From Bacteroidota bacterium (GTDB lineage Bacteria; Bacteroidota; Ignavibacteria; UBA10030): 64,000 bases of DNA. The position numbers were made by a program, and so were the translations under genes. Shown one piece after another: positions 1-10,683 of this stretch. Within the stretch, counting starts at the first letter, position 1; every line of letters starts with the position of its first letter. The stretch lies in NCBI GenBank assembly GCA_026416125.1, contig JAOAFT010000004.1, positions 70,448 to 134,447 of the forward strand, read 5' to 3'. Under the pieces are notes generated by a model, which saw nothing but the letters and a program-made list of their open reading frames with translations, was not told where the DNA came from and did no database searches.

Positions 1-712
1 ACCAGAGATTGTTCAACTTGCAGAATTTCTTGTGAGCATGGGGGCTAAGATTCATGGCATCGGGACGGGGCGTTTGGAAGTTGAAGGGGTGGATGAGTTA
101 CACCCTGCAGATGTTACCACAATTCCTGATCGAATAGAAACAGGTACGTTTCTCATTGCTGGAGCATTAGCAGGGAAAAAGCACGGTGTTGTACGCGTTG
201 AACAATGTAATCCACAACACGTTGGCGCATTACTCGTGAAACTCGAGGATGCAGGTGCATCAATTTCCGTGGGAGATAATTGGATTGAAATTGTTCCTCC
301 TGAAGAAATACGTCCTGTTAACGTTACGACTGCAATTTATCCAGGTTTTCCAACTGATATGCAAGCACAGTGGATTGCGCTAATGACGCGCTCAACAGGT
401 ACGAGTGTTATTACCGACACGATTTACTACGATCGGTTCATGCATGTACCAGAGCTTCAACGACTTGGTGCAAATATTACAATGAAAGACAACATTGCAA
501 CGGTAGTTGGCGTCCCAAAACTCATTGGTGCGACAGTGATGTCCACTGATTTACGTGCAAGTGCATCGTTAATTCTTGCAGGACTTGTTGCAGAAGGTAC
601 AACGGAAGTACTCCGTGTGTACCATATCGATCGTGGCTATGAGTCTGTTGAAAAGAAACTACAACTCCTTGGTGCTCGTATTGAACGGGTAGAGTACGAT
701 GAATTTGGGTAA
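1..712 (+). CDS. murA: UDP-N-acetylglucosamine 1-carboxyvinyltransferase (5'-truncated by window edge)
   Basis: Frame is open from position 2 (PEIVQLAEFL...). Motifs PDRIETGTF, YPGFPTDMQAQ, STDLRASASL, YHIDRGYE. Confidence 0.97.
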   Translation, partial: PEIVQLAEFLVSMGAKIHGIGTGRLEVEGVDELHPADVTTIPDRIETGTFLIAGALAGKKHGVVRVEQCNPQHVGALLVKLEDAGASISVGDNWIEIVPPEEIRPVNVTTAIYPGFPTDMQAQWIALMTRSTGTSVITDTIYYDRFMHVPELQRLGANITMKDNIATVVGVPKLIGATVMSTDLRASASLILAGLVAEGTTEVLRVYHIDRGYESVEKKLQLLGARIERVEYDEFG

Positions 713-726
713 GTAGGTACTATGGT

Positions 727-2967
727 ATGAGTTTCACGTCTCCCCAAAAGCGTACTCTCCTCAGCATGTTTTTACTTCTCGTAGTACTCACAGTTCTCGT
801 TATTCAGAACCCACTCTTTAGTACTGTTGACAGTGATTTTTCTTACGTTCTCGCGTTACCATTGTATGGGGTGAGTGGAATTGTCATGTTTACGTATTTT
901 CGGAATAAAACATTTACCACTCTTGAGGAACTCAGGTCCCAAACAATCAATGGAATTGGTACTGTGCTTTTGCTTCCACTCGTTCCACTGTCTGTAGCAT
1001 TGGTGCACGGAATTGTCATTCAGACGTGTGTTGATCTTTACGCTATTGCTCTGTATTTCCTCGTAGTTACTCCAGCGGTACTCCTTGGTGCAGCTCTAGC
1101 ACTGATCTCTGTGCTCATCTTCACAAGATTTCAGAAACTACTTTTTGGTGTAAGCAGTTGTTTCATCCTTTGTTCAGCAATTATTCCGCTGATTACATCT
1201 CCTCAGGGGTACGTCTATAATCTTATTTTCGGGTACATTCCACTTTTGCGATTCGATGAGGCAGTTCGTATTACAACACATTTGGTTGTCTACCGCTCTC
1301 TTACAATTGCGATTGCTTTATTCCTCATTGCACTTGCTCTCTGGGTGTGGAATAGGAAACATACCCATCAACTTCTATCTACGGCGAGTATAACACGGAA
1401 AAGTGTATTGGAAATTTTCAGTATGGCATTTCTTGGGCCATTTGTTGGAGTACTCTTTCTTTTCAGTGAGAGGATTGGATTTTCATCGTCAACAGAGACA
1501 GTGAAAGAAAAACTTGGCGGGCATTATACTACAGATCATTTCGATATTGTGTATGCGCTTGGGAAAATTCCCCGTGAACGAATTGTGTACATCGGGAAAC
1601 TTCAGGAGCATTACTATAATGAAATTTGCAACTCGCTTGAGGTGAAACCAGTGTCAAGAGTGACAACGTTCATCTACGCAACTGAAGATCAAAAAGCGCG
1701 GCTCGTCGGTGCTAGTACACTGAACTTTTCGAAACCGTGGTTACGGCAGATTCATATAAATGAGAGAGATATTGAATATTCACTAAAGCACGAGCTTGTC
1801 CATGTACTAGCAGGAGATTTTGGGTGGTCACCCTTGAATATTGCTCGGAGCGCTGGAGCTTTGGAAGGGCTTGCTGTAGCAATCGGCGATCTGACGTGGT
1901 TTGGTGAACCGATCGATCGAGCTGCTGCGTTCATTCTTGCCGTGGATACTTCGGTGTCTCTTGAGGAAGCTTTCTGTTGGTCAAAAATTTTTCTCTGGAT
2001 TCCAACTCGATACTATCCTGTTGTGGGCTCATTTACGAAGTTCCTTATTTCACAGTACGGTGTAGAAACATTCAAACAATTCTACAGGACAAACGACTTC
2101 GAGAAGGTGTATAAACAACCACTCACAACAATTGCTGGTCAGTGGAAACAGGTACTGTCACGGTATCAATTTACTTCTAGTGATTCGGCGAAGGCTCGCT
2201 ACGTTGTATTTCAATCACTGTCGTTGCCGAGAAAATGTACTCGTGCACTTGCCAGAATTCATACTGAAGCTCGAGAGTACATTAGACTTCGTGAATACGT
2301 GCATGCACAAGCGAGTATCGATCGTTCACTCGCTATAGTACCAACGACCGAAGGTATACAGCTGAAGGTTATAGCTCTCTTAGGTCGGAAACTATTTGAT
2401 GATGTACTCAGTACAGCAACAGCAGCGCTGGGAACATATGGTGATGGAGTACTTCCCCTCCGTTTACGACGTGGTGATGCGTATTGGGCGCTCGATTCGG
2501 TACTCCAAGCACAGAGAGAGTACGAAATTATACGAGCAACACATCTTTCGAATGCATACACAGAAGCAGCTGCCATTCGGCTCGAAGCACTCGATCGAAA
2601 AGATGAGCAACAAGAGTGGCGTATCCAAATACTCTACGACCTCGATGATACCACAAGACTTGTGCGACTCTCACACCTAACAAGCGGGTTGGCTGAGTAC
2701 ATGAGAGGAAAACTAGCACTTGCACATCGTCAGTATAGAAGAGCCGGTGATGCATTTGCCCGTGCAGAGAATCTTCGTTCGCCGGTACTTCGATTTTATC
2801 GGTATTACTATTGGGCACAGGCACTGCAGTACGACTTTCAGTTCGATTCTGCTGCAGCGCTCTACGCGCGAGCACTCAGAGTTGCTCCAACGGATGGACT
2901 CAGAGAAGAAACAAAATTCCATCTACAACGTTGTACACATTGGAATACTATTGAACAAAATCAATAA
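727..2967 (+). CDS. Polytopic membrane protein with gluzincin (peptidase MA-like) domain and C-terminal TPR-like helices
   Basis: About 7 hydrophobic N-terminal segments. HELVH followed downstream by EGLAV (HEXXH...E zinc motif). Ala/Tyr-rich helical repeats at the C-terminus. Confidence 0.7.
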   Translation: MSFTSPQKRTLLSMFLLLVVLTVLVIQNPLFSTVDSDFSYVLALPLYGVSGIVMFTYFRNKTFTTLEELRSQTINGIGTVLLLPLVPLSVALVHGIVIQTCVDLYAIALYFLVVTPAVLLGAALALISVLIFTRFQKLLFGVSSCFILCSAIIPLITSPQGYVYNLIFGYIPLLRFDEAVRITTHLVVYRSLTIAIALFLIALALWVWNRKHTHQLLSTASITRKSVLEIFSMAFLGPFVGVLFLFSERIGFSSSTETVKEKLGGHYTTDHFDIVYALGKIPRERIVYIGKLQEHYYNEICNSLEVKPVSRVTTFIYATEDQKARLVGASTLNFSKPWLRQIHINERDIEYSLKHELVHVLAGDFGWSPLNIARSAGALEGLAVAIGDLTWFGEPIDRAAAFILAVDTSVSLEEAFCWSKIFLWIPTRYYPVVGSFTKFLISQYGVETFKQFYRTNDFEKVYKQPLTTIAGQWKQVLSRYQFTSSDSAKARYVVFQSLSLPRKCTRALARIHTEAREYIRLREYVHAQASIDRSLAIVPTTEGIQLKVIALLGRKLFDDVLSTATAALGTYGDGVLPLRLRRGDAYWALDSVLQAQREYEIIRATHLSNAYTEAAAIRLEALDRKDEQQEWRIQILYDLDDTTRLVRLSHLTSGLAEYMRGKLALAHRQYRRAGDAFARAENLRSPVLRFYRYYYWAQALQYDFQFDSAAALYARALRVAPTDGLREETKFHLQRCTHWNTIEQNQ

Positions 2968-2986
2968 CAATGAAAGGGTACACACA

Positions 2987-4159
2987 ATGGCAACGTACGA
3001 TCGTCGAAGCTTTCTTCGGACAACGGTGAGTACTATTGCACTAGCGAATCTACCGTTTCCGATTTGTGGAGAGGAGAATGTAGAACAACCAACAATTATT
3101 CGGCGAGTACTTGGCAGAACGAACCTTCGTCTTCCCGTGGTTAGTTTTGGTGTAATGCGAGCAGATAGTGCTGCACTTGTGCGAGCAGCGTATGATGCTG
3201 GAGTGATACACTTCGATACAGCGCATTCGTACCAACAGGGTCGGAATGAAATGATGCTTGGAGAAGTTTTTGAAAATGTTCCTCGCGATTCGTACATCCT
3301 TGCAACGAAAATTCAACCGCGTGATCGAGAAAAAGGAAAAATTGGGAAGGACATGTTCTTAGAACGATTGGACATTAGTCTCCAACGATTAAAAACGAGT
3401 TACGTTGATATTCTTTACGCACATGCACTTGGTTCTCGTGATGATGTTTTTGATACCGATATCCTCTCTGCGCTTGAAGAAGCGAAGAAGAAGAAAAAAG
3501 CTCGTTTCATAGGTGTGTCCACGCATCGAAATGTCGAAGAAGTTATAGAAGCTATGATCGAATGTGGGGCGTACGATGTTGTTCTCGCAGCAATGAACTT
3601 TCAGCATCAGAATCCGAAGAGGCTCCGTGAAGTCACCGCTGCAGCTGCCAAGGCAGGTATTGGTATCGTTGCAATGAAAACGATGGCTGGTGCCTATTAT
3701 GACAAAGAGCGGACAAAACCCATCAACTGTAAAGCGGCATTGAAGTGGGTGTTAGAAGATCCGAATGTTGCGACAACGATACCTGGCGTTACAACTTTCG
3801 AGCAGTTACGTGAGAACCTTAGTGTTAACTATGATTGTACACTGACTGATGAAGAGCGAGCATCACTAATTGTTGATCCACAGAGCAAGGGGATGTCGTG
3901 CGACGGGTGTGAACAGTGTGTACAAACGTGTAAACATCATATCCCAGCACTTCCAGACACTATGCGAGCGTATATGTATGCATATGGGTACAGTGCACCA
4001 CGTCAGGCACGTGAAATACTGGATGAAGTCTCAAGGTTCTTTGAACTTTGCTACACATGCGGTGAATGCACAGCCAACTGTGTAAAAGCATTTCCCATTG
4101 CGGAACGCATTCGTGATATACAACGTCTTACCAGCGTACCACAAGAATTCCTTGCATAG
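2987..4159 (+). CDS. Aldo/keto reductase with C-terminal 4Fe-4S dicluster and twin-arginine-like N-terminus
   Basis: ATG at 2987 (MATYDRRSFLR). Catalytic-tetrad motifs FDTAHSY, LATKI, LYAHA. Cys motifs CDGCEQCVQTC and CYTCGECTANC. Confidence 0.88.
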   Translation: MATYDRRSFLRTTVSTIALANLPFPICGEENVEQPTIIRRVLGRTNLRLPVVSFGVMRADSAALVRAAYDAGVIHFDTAHSYQQGRNEMMLGEVFENVPRDSYILATKIQPRDREKGKIGKDMFLERLDISLQRLKTSYVDILYAHALGSRDDVFDTDILSALEEAKKKKKARFIGVSTHRNVEEVIEAMIECGAYDVVLAAMNFQHQNPKRLREVTAAAAKAGIGIVAMKTMAGAYYDKERTKPINCKAALKWVLEDPNVATTIPGVTTFEQLRENLSVNYDCTLTDEERASLIVDPQSKGMSCDGCEQCVQTCKHHIPALPDTMRAYMYAYGYSAPRQAREILDEVSRFFELCYTCGECTANCVKAFPIAERIRDIQRLTSVPQEFLA

Positions 4160-4167
4160 GTGAAGCC

Positions 4168-5010
4168 ATGAAACGATGGGTTATTATGAGTCTTGTAGTT
4201 CCTCACATGCTCCTTGCTCAGGTGGAAACAATTTTCCCTGTGATCGAAGGATTTCAACGGAAAATTTTCCCTGAAGTCTATACACCGGAAACACTCTTTG
4301 AACTTATCGATGGCGCTGCTGATATGTTTCTCACGTACGATTTCGAGGAGCTTACATTAGCGGAATACTCGAATGATCGTATTTCGTACATTCGTGTCGA
4401 GGTGTACAAACATCGTGATGAGGCCAATGCTTTTGGTGCGTATGCACAGGAACGGAATCCTGAAGCCACCTTTGTGCCGCTTGGGTGTGAAGGGTATATT
4501 CTCGATGGTACAGTAAACTTTTGCGCAGGTCAGTACTACGTAAAACTTGTTACAAACGATCAAGGTCCAACAGTACAGAGTGCACTAATGCGTATTGCTG
4601 AACGTGTTGCTGAAGGGGTAGCTCGACACAAAGTAGAAAAACCACGAATGTTCACGTATTTCCCCAGTGATCACAGAAAATCTCATGCTGAGTACTATGT
4701 AAATCGTGACTTCTTGGGATATTCCGTTTTTCAAAAAGCATACGTGGTACCGTACACACATTCCAATCTTTTTGTAATGGAGTATTCAACAGCAGAACAT
4801 GCGAGGAACGCTCTGAAGTCGTACTCACAAATCCTCAAAGTGAACGTACCTCTTGAAAATGGTGCAGTTGTCCATGATCCCAACGAAGGGCGTCTCCTCT
4901 TTTACTGCGTGGATAAGTATATTGTTGGTGCAAAAGAAATTCAGAATGAACAAGGAACACACCAAGCTTTACGAAAGGTTCAAGAGGCACTTCGTGCTAC
5001 AAGCGAATAA
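4168..5010 (+). CDS. Secreted hypothetical protein (DUF6599-like)
   Basis: Signal peptide. YTPETLFELIDGAADMFLTYDF and VEVY...NAFGAYAQER resemble this family. Confidence 0.65.
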   Translation: MKRWVIMSLVVPHMLLAQVETIFPVIEGFQRKIFPEVYTPETLFELIDGAADMFLTYDFEELTLAEYSNDRISYIRVEVYKHRDEANAFGAYAQERNPEATFVPLGCEGYILDGTVNFCAGQYYVKLVTNDQGPTVQSALMRIAERVAEGVARHKVEKPRMFTYFPSDHRKSHAEYYVNRDFLGYSVFQKAYVVPYTHSNLFVMEYSTAEHARNALKSYSQILKVNVPLENGAVVHDPNEGRLLFYCVDKYIVGAKEIQNEQGTHQALRKVQEALRATSE

Positions 5011-5038
5011 TAGAACAGAGAAAGAGCTCCCTCTCACA

Positions 5039-6439
5039 ATGTTTGTAGGGGCTCTTTGTGCAACTCTGATCCATTGTATTCTCATAGCGAATGGAGTTTA
5101 TGGGATTTCTGCGGATGAAAGTGGGCGAATTTATGATACACTCGTGTGGCTTCGTACAGGTACTCCATACTCTAGTGTCTGGTTGCCCGGGTATCGTATT
5201 CTCCTTGCAGGTGCATTCTCGGTGTGGGAAGATTTCTTCTGGACTCCAAGAGTCCTTTCGTTCCTTTTTGGAATGTTCACATGGGGGGCAGGTGTATGGT
5301 TTGCTCACGAAGTGTGGAAGAATCGGACGATTACAGGTGCTACAGCACTCCTTCTTGCGGTGTTCCCGCAACGAGTTCTTCTCAGCGTCGTACCGTTAAC
5401 TGAAATTGTTTTCTGTGCTCTCATTCTCGTAGCACTCGCTTCTTCTATTCGGTGGTTATCAACACAAAACGCCAGATTTTTGGTAGTTTCCACACTTGCA
5501 CTAGCACTTACAACAACTCTACGGTACGAAGGATGGGGATTTGCATTGCTCTTTATAATCATCCTTGTGCGTGAACGTGTACGTAAGAAACACCCCCCAT
5601 GGTTCGTTGTGTTGCTGAACATTGCTGTAGTTGTGGTTGTACCTGCATTGTGGATGGTCCGAAACTATACTCACTTCGGTACACCATTCACTTTTTTTGA
5701 AACGACTATTGATATCAATTACAATATTCCCTTTCTACGTCAAGTATGGCATAACCCATTGACACAATTTTTCTTCATTAACGCTCTTACGTTTAACCTC
5801 CTCGGTATAGGTACATTTCTAACGTGGAAAAATTCATTTGTGAAAGAATTACTTTGGGTATCGTTGCTACTATTTTCCTGTACTGTACTAGTTGGTTCAA
5901 CCCTTCCAACACATACACCATGGAGAGTAACTGCGGTGTGGGGAATGGCTCTTCTACCGTTTACAGTAGCATGGTTCTATGATCAATGTAAGTGTACCAG
6001 TGCAAGTCGGTGGTTTTTTCTTACAACGCTCATAGTAATGCTTTGTGTGCAAACAGTTTTGCTTGGGAAGTATTACACGTCGAATGACTCTTCATTTACA
6101 CAGGATGAATTGAGAACAGCAAAAGACCTTGAAGCAATTCTTTCGTCGTATCCAAAAGAATCGAAAGTGCTTATCGAAACCTCGTATTGGCGGTATCTCC
6201 ATATTCTCATTGCATCACACAATCCTTTTCGATTTGTTTTAAATGGTGCCTACCGACCTCAACCACGAATTGAAGGAATGCTTGCACTTCCCTGCGATTC
6301 TCTACAAAACGTTTTGAAAACGCATCGAATTGCCGCTGTTGTTGTGGAGTCAACTGGGTACAAACACCAAGCAAAGCTGTGTTCACTGTTGGAACGTTTC
6401 TCTGAACATGGGAAGTGGACAATATTCATAGTTCGGTAG
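5039..6439 (+). CDS. GT-C fold glycosyltransferase (ArnT/PMT, GT39/83-like)
   Basis: Many TM segments, acidic ADE motif after TM1, LRYEGW motif. Start uncertain; ATG 5039 avoids overlap with the upstream gene. Confidence 0.72.
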   Translation: MFVGALCATLIHCILIANGVYGISADESGRIYDTLVWLRTGTPYSSVWLPGYRILLAGAFSVWEDFFWTPRVLSFLFGMFTWGAGVWFAHEVWKNRTITGATALLLAVFPQRVLLSVVPLTEIVFCALILVALASSIRWLSTQNARFLVVSTLALALTTTLRYEGWGFALLFIIILVRERVRKKHPPWFVVLLNIAVVVVVPALWMVRNYTHFGTPFTFFETTIDINYNIPFLRQVWHNPLTQFFFINALTFNLLGIGTFLTWKNSFVKELLWVSLLLFSCTVLVGSTLPTHTPWRVTAVWGMALLPFTVAWFYDQCKCTSASRWFFLTTLIVMLCVQTVLLGKYYTSNDSSFTQDELRTAKDLEAILSSYPKESKVLIETSYWRYLHILIASHNPFRFVLNGAYRPQPRIEGMLALPCDSLQNVLKTHRIAAVVVESTGYKHQAKLCSLLERFSEHGKWTIFIVR

Positions 6440-6593
6440 CTTGTTCAATAAGTGTGGTTGATTTATCGTTTCACAAAGTGATAAAGTTATTCACTGTTGA
6501 AGGAATTATTTGTACCTTTCTGAGTGTCGTGGGGCCCCATAAGGTACTATATATGTGAAGAGGAGGAAAAAGTAAACGTCTTGGAGAGTATCG

Positions 6594-8240
6594 ATGAAAA
6601 TTGCACTTCTTCAGTTGAATCAAACAGTAGGTGATGTGAAAGGCAATGCGTTGAAAATCAAAACATTTGTGGAACGGGCATCAAAATATGGTGTTGATCT
6701 TATTGTGACACCTGAACTTTCGCTCATTGGATATCCACCGCGCGATTTGTTACTCCGTGAGAGTTTTGTCTACGAAAGTTTAACCCAACTAAATATTTTA
6801 GCCCACGAACTCTGCGCAGCCCCTCCAGTTCTTGTTGGTGTAGCAACTCCAAACACGCAATCCCATGGTCGTCCACTCTACAATTCATGTGCGCTTATTT
6901 GGAATGGTAGTGTACAGAAATATTTCCATAAAGTGTTGTTGCCAACGTACGATGTCTTTGATGAAGATCGATATTTTGAACCAGCCCCATCATCGCAAAC
7001 ATTTATCGTGGGTGCAACAACAGTCGGTATTTCCATTTGTGAAGATATTTGGAGTGATGAGATGTTGTTTAAAAAGTATCGATACCACCATAACCCAGTA
7101 CACGAACTTGTGCAGCAAGGTGCACAGTGCATTCTCAACATCTCAGCATCTCCCTTCACCGTTGGAAAACACGATCAGCGAAGAAGGTTGCTAAAAGGAA
7201 TTGCATCAAAATATACCATCCCAACACTGTATGTGAACCAGGTAGGTGGAAACGATGACATACTCTTTGATGGCCGAAGTGTTGCGTACGACGCAACAGG
7301 AGAAATTATTGCAGAAGGAAAAGCATTCGAGGAAGATATTATTGTTGTCGATCTTGAAACAAAGGGTCCCGTGAAGGTGTTACCATCGCTCAGTGCGGAA
7401 GAAGAAGTATGGAACGCACTTATACTCGGGACACGGGACTATGTCCATAAATGTGGATTTACTCGTGTACTGCTTGGTCTATCGGGAGGAATTGATTCTG
7501 CATTAACCGCAGCAATTGCAACAGAAGCCTTAGGAGCATCGAATGTACTTGGCGTGTTGATGCCATCGCCGTACACAAGTCGAGCAAGCATTGACGATGC
7601 ACACGAACTTGCACGAAATCTAGGAATAAGGACAATAACAATTCCAATTCATACTCTCATGAATGAGTACGACGCTCTTTTACAAGAATACTTTCACGGG
7701 TATGAACGCGATATAACAGAAGAAAATATCCAAGCACGAATTCGTGGTACGTTGCTTATGGCGCTCTCGAATAAGTATGGGGCAATGCTCCTTTCGACGG
7801 GGAATAAATCGGAACTCGCCGTTGGATACTGTACACTCTACGGTGATATGTGTGGGGGTCTCGATGTGCTCTCTGATGTACCGAAAACACTGGTGTACCG
7901 TATTGCAGAATGGGTTAATCGTTTGTCGCACCAAACTATTATTCCAGTGAACATTCTCAGGAAACCACCGTCTGCGGAACTCAAGCCAAATCAGAAAGAT
8001 CAAGATACTTTACCTGAGTATGAAATTCTTGATGCGATACTACAGTTGCACATTGAAGAAAACATGAGTGCAAAGCAAATTATTGAACGTGGATTTGAGC
8101 CACAGGTCGTTACTAAAGTTCTAAAAATGGTAAAGAATGCAGAGTTTAAACGGAAACAAGCAACTGTAGGGTTGAAAGTCACAGACCGAGCGTTCGGAAC
8201 AGGGTGGCGCATGCCAATTGCATGTGTGGTACCGTACTAA
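6594..8240 (+). CDS. nadE: Glutamine-dependent NAD+ synthetase
   Basis: Nitrilase domain (TPELSLIGYPP, LPTYDVFDEDRYF, ICEDIW) plus GLSGGIDS, TGNKSE, PPSAEL. Confidence 0.97.
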   Translation: MKIALLQLNQTVGDVKGNALKIKTFVERASKYGVDLIVTPELSLIGYPPRDLLLRESFVYESLTQLNILAHELCAAPPVLVGVATPNTQSHGRPLYNSCALIWNGSVQKYFHKVLLPTYDVFDEDRYFEPAPSSQTFIVGATTVGISICEDIWSDEMLFKKYRYHHNPVHELVQQGAQCILNISASPFTVGKHDQRRRLLKGIASKYTIPTLYVNQVGGNDDILFDGRSVAYDATGEIIAEGKAFEEDIIVVDLETKGPVKVLPSLSAEEEVWNALILGTRDYVHKCGFTRVLLGLSGGIDSALTAAIATEALGASNVLGVLMPSPYTSRASIDDAHELARNLGIRTITIPIHTLMNEYDALLQEYFHGYERDITEENIQARIRGTLLMALSNKYGAMLLSTGNKSELAVGYCTLYGDMCGGLDVLSDVPKTLVYRIAEWVNRLSHQTIIPVNILRKPPSAELKPNQKDQDTLPEYEILDAILQLHIEENMSAKQIIERGFEPQVVTKVLKMVKNAEFKRKQATVGLKVTDRAFGTGWRMPIACVVPY

Positions 8241-8269
8241 CACCCTGTTCCGAACTTTTTATGCGTGTG

Positions 8270-9415
8270 TTACTTACACAGTTCAAGAATTTCTTTTACT
8301 TCGTTTGCTCCAATTGATTGATGCTCTCCTAAACGTTCGTTGCGTAACTCGAAGCGTTGGACTATTTCATCAAAGTAACGATCATCGCAACCGTACTCGT
8401 GGAGCCGAGTGTTGACACCAAGTGATCGGAAGAACTCCTCTGTTCGTTGAATTGCAACATCAGCAGCATTTGATCCATCATACTGCCAGACGCGACGTGC
8501 AAAGAGAGCGAGCTTCTCCTCTTTGGCTCTCTTTTGATGTTTCCACACCGCTGGCATCACGATAGCAAGTGTCTGTCCATGATCGAGTCCGTAGAATGCA
8601 GTGAGTTCATGACCGATTGCATGAGTTGTCCAATCTTGAGGAACGCCGCACCCAATAAGGCCATTGAGTGCCATAGTTGCACTCCACATGATATTAGCAC
8701 GGACAGTATAATTTGTAGGCTCGCTCAACGCTTTTGGACCATCTTCGATAAGTGAGAGGATAATGGCTTCTGCAAGATGATCTTGAGTGAGTGCACCAAT
8801 TGGGTACGTCATGTATTGTTCCATAACGTGTACAAACGCATCGACAATACCATTCGCTGTTTGTCGAGGTGGTAAAGTAAATGTTGTCTCTGGATCGAGA
8901 ATAGAGAATTGAGGGTAGAGGAGTGGTGAGCCAAATCCATACTTTTCTTTAGTTGAATCACGGGAAATAACTGCGTAAATGTTCATTTCAGATCCTGTTG
9001 CGGGCAATGTTAGCACGCATCCAAGAGGAAGTGCAGATCTTGGTTTAAGTCCCTTTGATAAGAAATCCCATGGGTCACCAGTTGTGTAGTGTACAGCAGC
9101 AGCGATAAACTTTGTTCCGTCGAGAACGGAGCCGCCACCAACAGCAAGGAGAAAATCGATGTTCGTTGTTCGACATACTTCAACAGCCTTCATCAAAGTT
9201 TCGTAGCGTGGATTTGGTTCAATACCACTGAATTCTTCAATCGAGTACCCCCTCAAGGCACGGATGACTTGCTCATAGACCCCATTTCGTTTTATAGATC
9301 CTTGTCCGTACGTCATGAGAATCCGTGCGTTTTGGGGAATAAGTGTTGGTAATTGTGCAATTGTCCCTTTTCCAAAGACGAGTTTGACTGGATTGTAGTA
9401 TGTAAAGTTTTTCAT
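8270..9415 (-). CDS. Iron-containing alcohol/aldehyde dehydrogenase (YqhD/Bdh-like)
   Basis: GGGSVLDGTK, TLPATGSEMN, DAFVHVMEQY, THAIGHELTA, LDHG. GAGGTG RBS before ATG 9415. Confidence 0.93.
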   Translation of the reverse strand: MKNFTYYNPVKLVFGKGTIAQLPTLIPQNARILMTYGQGSIKRNGVYEQVIRALRGYSIEEFSGIEPNPRYETLMKAVEVCRTTNIDFLLAVGGGSVLDGTKFIAAAVHYTTGDPWDFLSKGLKPRSALPLGCVLTLPATGSEMNIYAVISRDSTKEKYGFGSPLLYPQFSILDPETTFTLPPRQTANGIVDAFVHVMEQYMTYPIGALTQDHLAEAIILSLIEDGPKALSEPTNYTVRANIMWSATMALNGLIGCGVPQDWTTHAIGHELTAFYGLDHGQTLAIVMPAVWKHQKRAKEEKLALFARRVWQYDGSNAADVAIQRTEEFFRSLGVNTRLHEYGCDDRYFDEIVQRFELRNERLGEHQSIGANEVKEILELCK

Positions 9416-9465
9416 AGACACCTCGCTTTCATGGAGTAAAGTTTTTTGAAACCTACTTTAAAGTA

Positions 9466-10683
9466 CTACTCATATCGCAAAGCTTCAATTGGATTCAGGA
9501 GCGCTGCTTTTCGGGCTGGGTAAAATCCGAAGAAAACTCCAACAGCAATGGAAAAGCTGAATGAGAGAAGTATCGAGAAAGCAGTAATAAATGTAGGCCA
9601 CTGTGCAAAGTGTGATACGAGGGTTGATCCTATTATACCGAAGAGGATTCCAAGAATTCCACCAATAAGACTGAGTACGAGAGCCTCTATAAGAAATTGT
9701 GTGAGAATATCTCGACTTCGAGCGCCAATCGACATACGAATACCAATTTCACGGGTCCGTTCTGTTACAGAGACAAGCATAATATTCATAATACCAATAC
9801 CTCCAACGAGGAGTGATACCGAAGCAATACTCGCAAGAAGAATTGTAAGAATTTGTGTCGTTGCGGTCGCAGCTTCGGCAATATCGGCTTGATTGCGAAT
9901 TGTAAAGTCGTCTTGTTCGTACGGTTGAATCTTATGTCGCTGACGGAGAAGTTCTGTGATCTGTTGTTGGGCAAGAGGGATTGCCTCCGGCGAAATAGCT
10001 GATACAGTGATGTAGCGCAGGTAAGGGAAACGGGAGAGCCGTCGGAGTACAGTTGTGTATGGCGCTAGGATAATATCATCCTGATCTTGTCCCATTGCGT
10101 TTTGGCCTTTTGCACTGAGTACACCAAGAACTTTGAAAGGAACATTGCGAATACGAATTGTTTGTCCAACAGGTGATGCATCAGGAAAGAGATTGCTCGC
10201 TACAGTTTTCCCAAGAACACAAACCTTTGCAGCACCTTTCACATCAGCGTCTGTGAAGAACTCTCCATACTCAATAGGCCACTGCCGAATGTTGAGGTAT
10301 TCAGCGCTGCACCCTTCGATCCCCGTTGACCAATTTAAGTTCCCTGCAACAACTTGCCCACCTGCACGAGTACCTGGGGAAACGTACGCAACAGCGGAGC
10401 ATTCACTTTTAATTGCAAATGCATCGTCTTCCGTTAGTGTTGTTACAGTACCAGCCCCAAACCGAATACTTCCTTGCTGTTGAGAGCCAGGGAAAATGAT
10501 TAACACGTTTGTTCCAAGTGACGCAATTTGCTGCTTCACTGAGTACTGTGCTCCTTCTCCAATGGCGAGCATCATGATAACAGCGGCAACACCAATAATG
10601 ATACCCAACATTGTGAGAAACGACCGCATTTTGTTCCGTTGCAGTGCACGAAATGCTGAGAGTACGATATTCCATAGTTTCAT
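9466..10683 (-). CDS. MacB/FtsX-family ABC transporter permease
   Basis: [42 protein letters not shown]. Confidence 0.95.
   Translation of the reverse strand: MKLWNIVLSAFRALQRNKMRSFLTMLGIIIGVAAVIMMLAIGEGAQYSVKQQIASLGTNVLIIFPGSQQQGSIRFGAGTVTTLTEDDAFAIKSECSAVAYVSPGTRAGGQVVAGNLNWSTGIEGCSAEYLNIRQWPIEYGEFFTDADVKGAAKVCVLGKTVASNLFPDASPVGQTIRIRNVPFKVLGVLSAKGQNAMGQDQDDIILAPYTTVLRRLSRFPYLRYITVSAISPEAIPLAQQQITELLRQRHKIQPYEQDDFTIRNQADIAEAATATTQILTILLASIASVSLLVGGIGIMNIMLVSVTERTREIGIRMSIGARSRDILTQFLIEALVLSLIGGILGILFGIIGSTLVSHFAQWPTFITAFSILLSFSFSIAVGVFFGFYPARKAALLNPIEALRYE

Noticed and set aside
2720-2986. N-terminal extension of the AKR ORF overlapping the upstream gene
   Set aside because: ORF-caller artefact from a TTG start; ATG 2987 follows the upstream stop and begins the RR motif.
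4853-5038. Long overlap of the glycosyltransferase ORF with the upstream gene
   Set aside because: The extension is not family-like; a downstream ATG removes the overlap.
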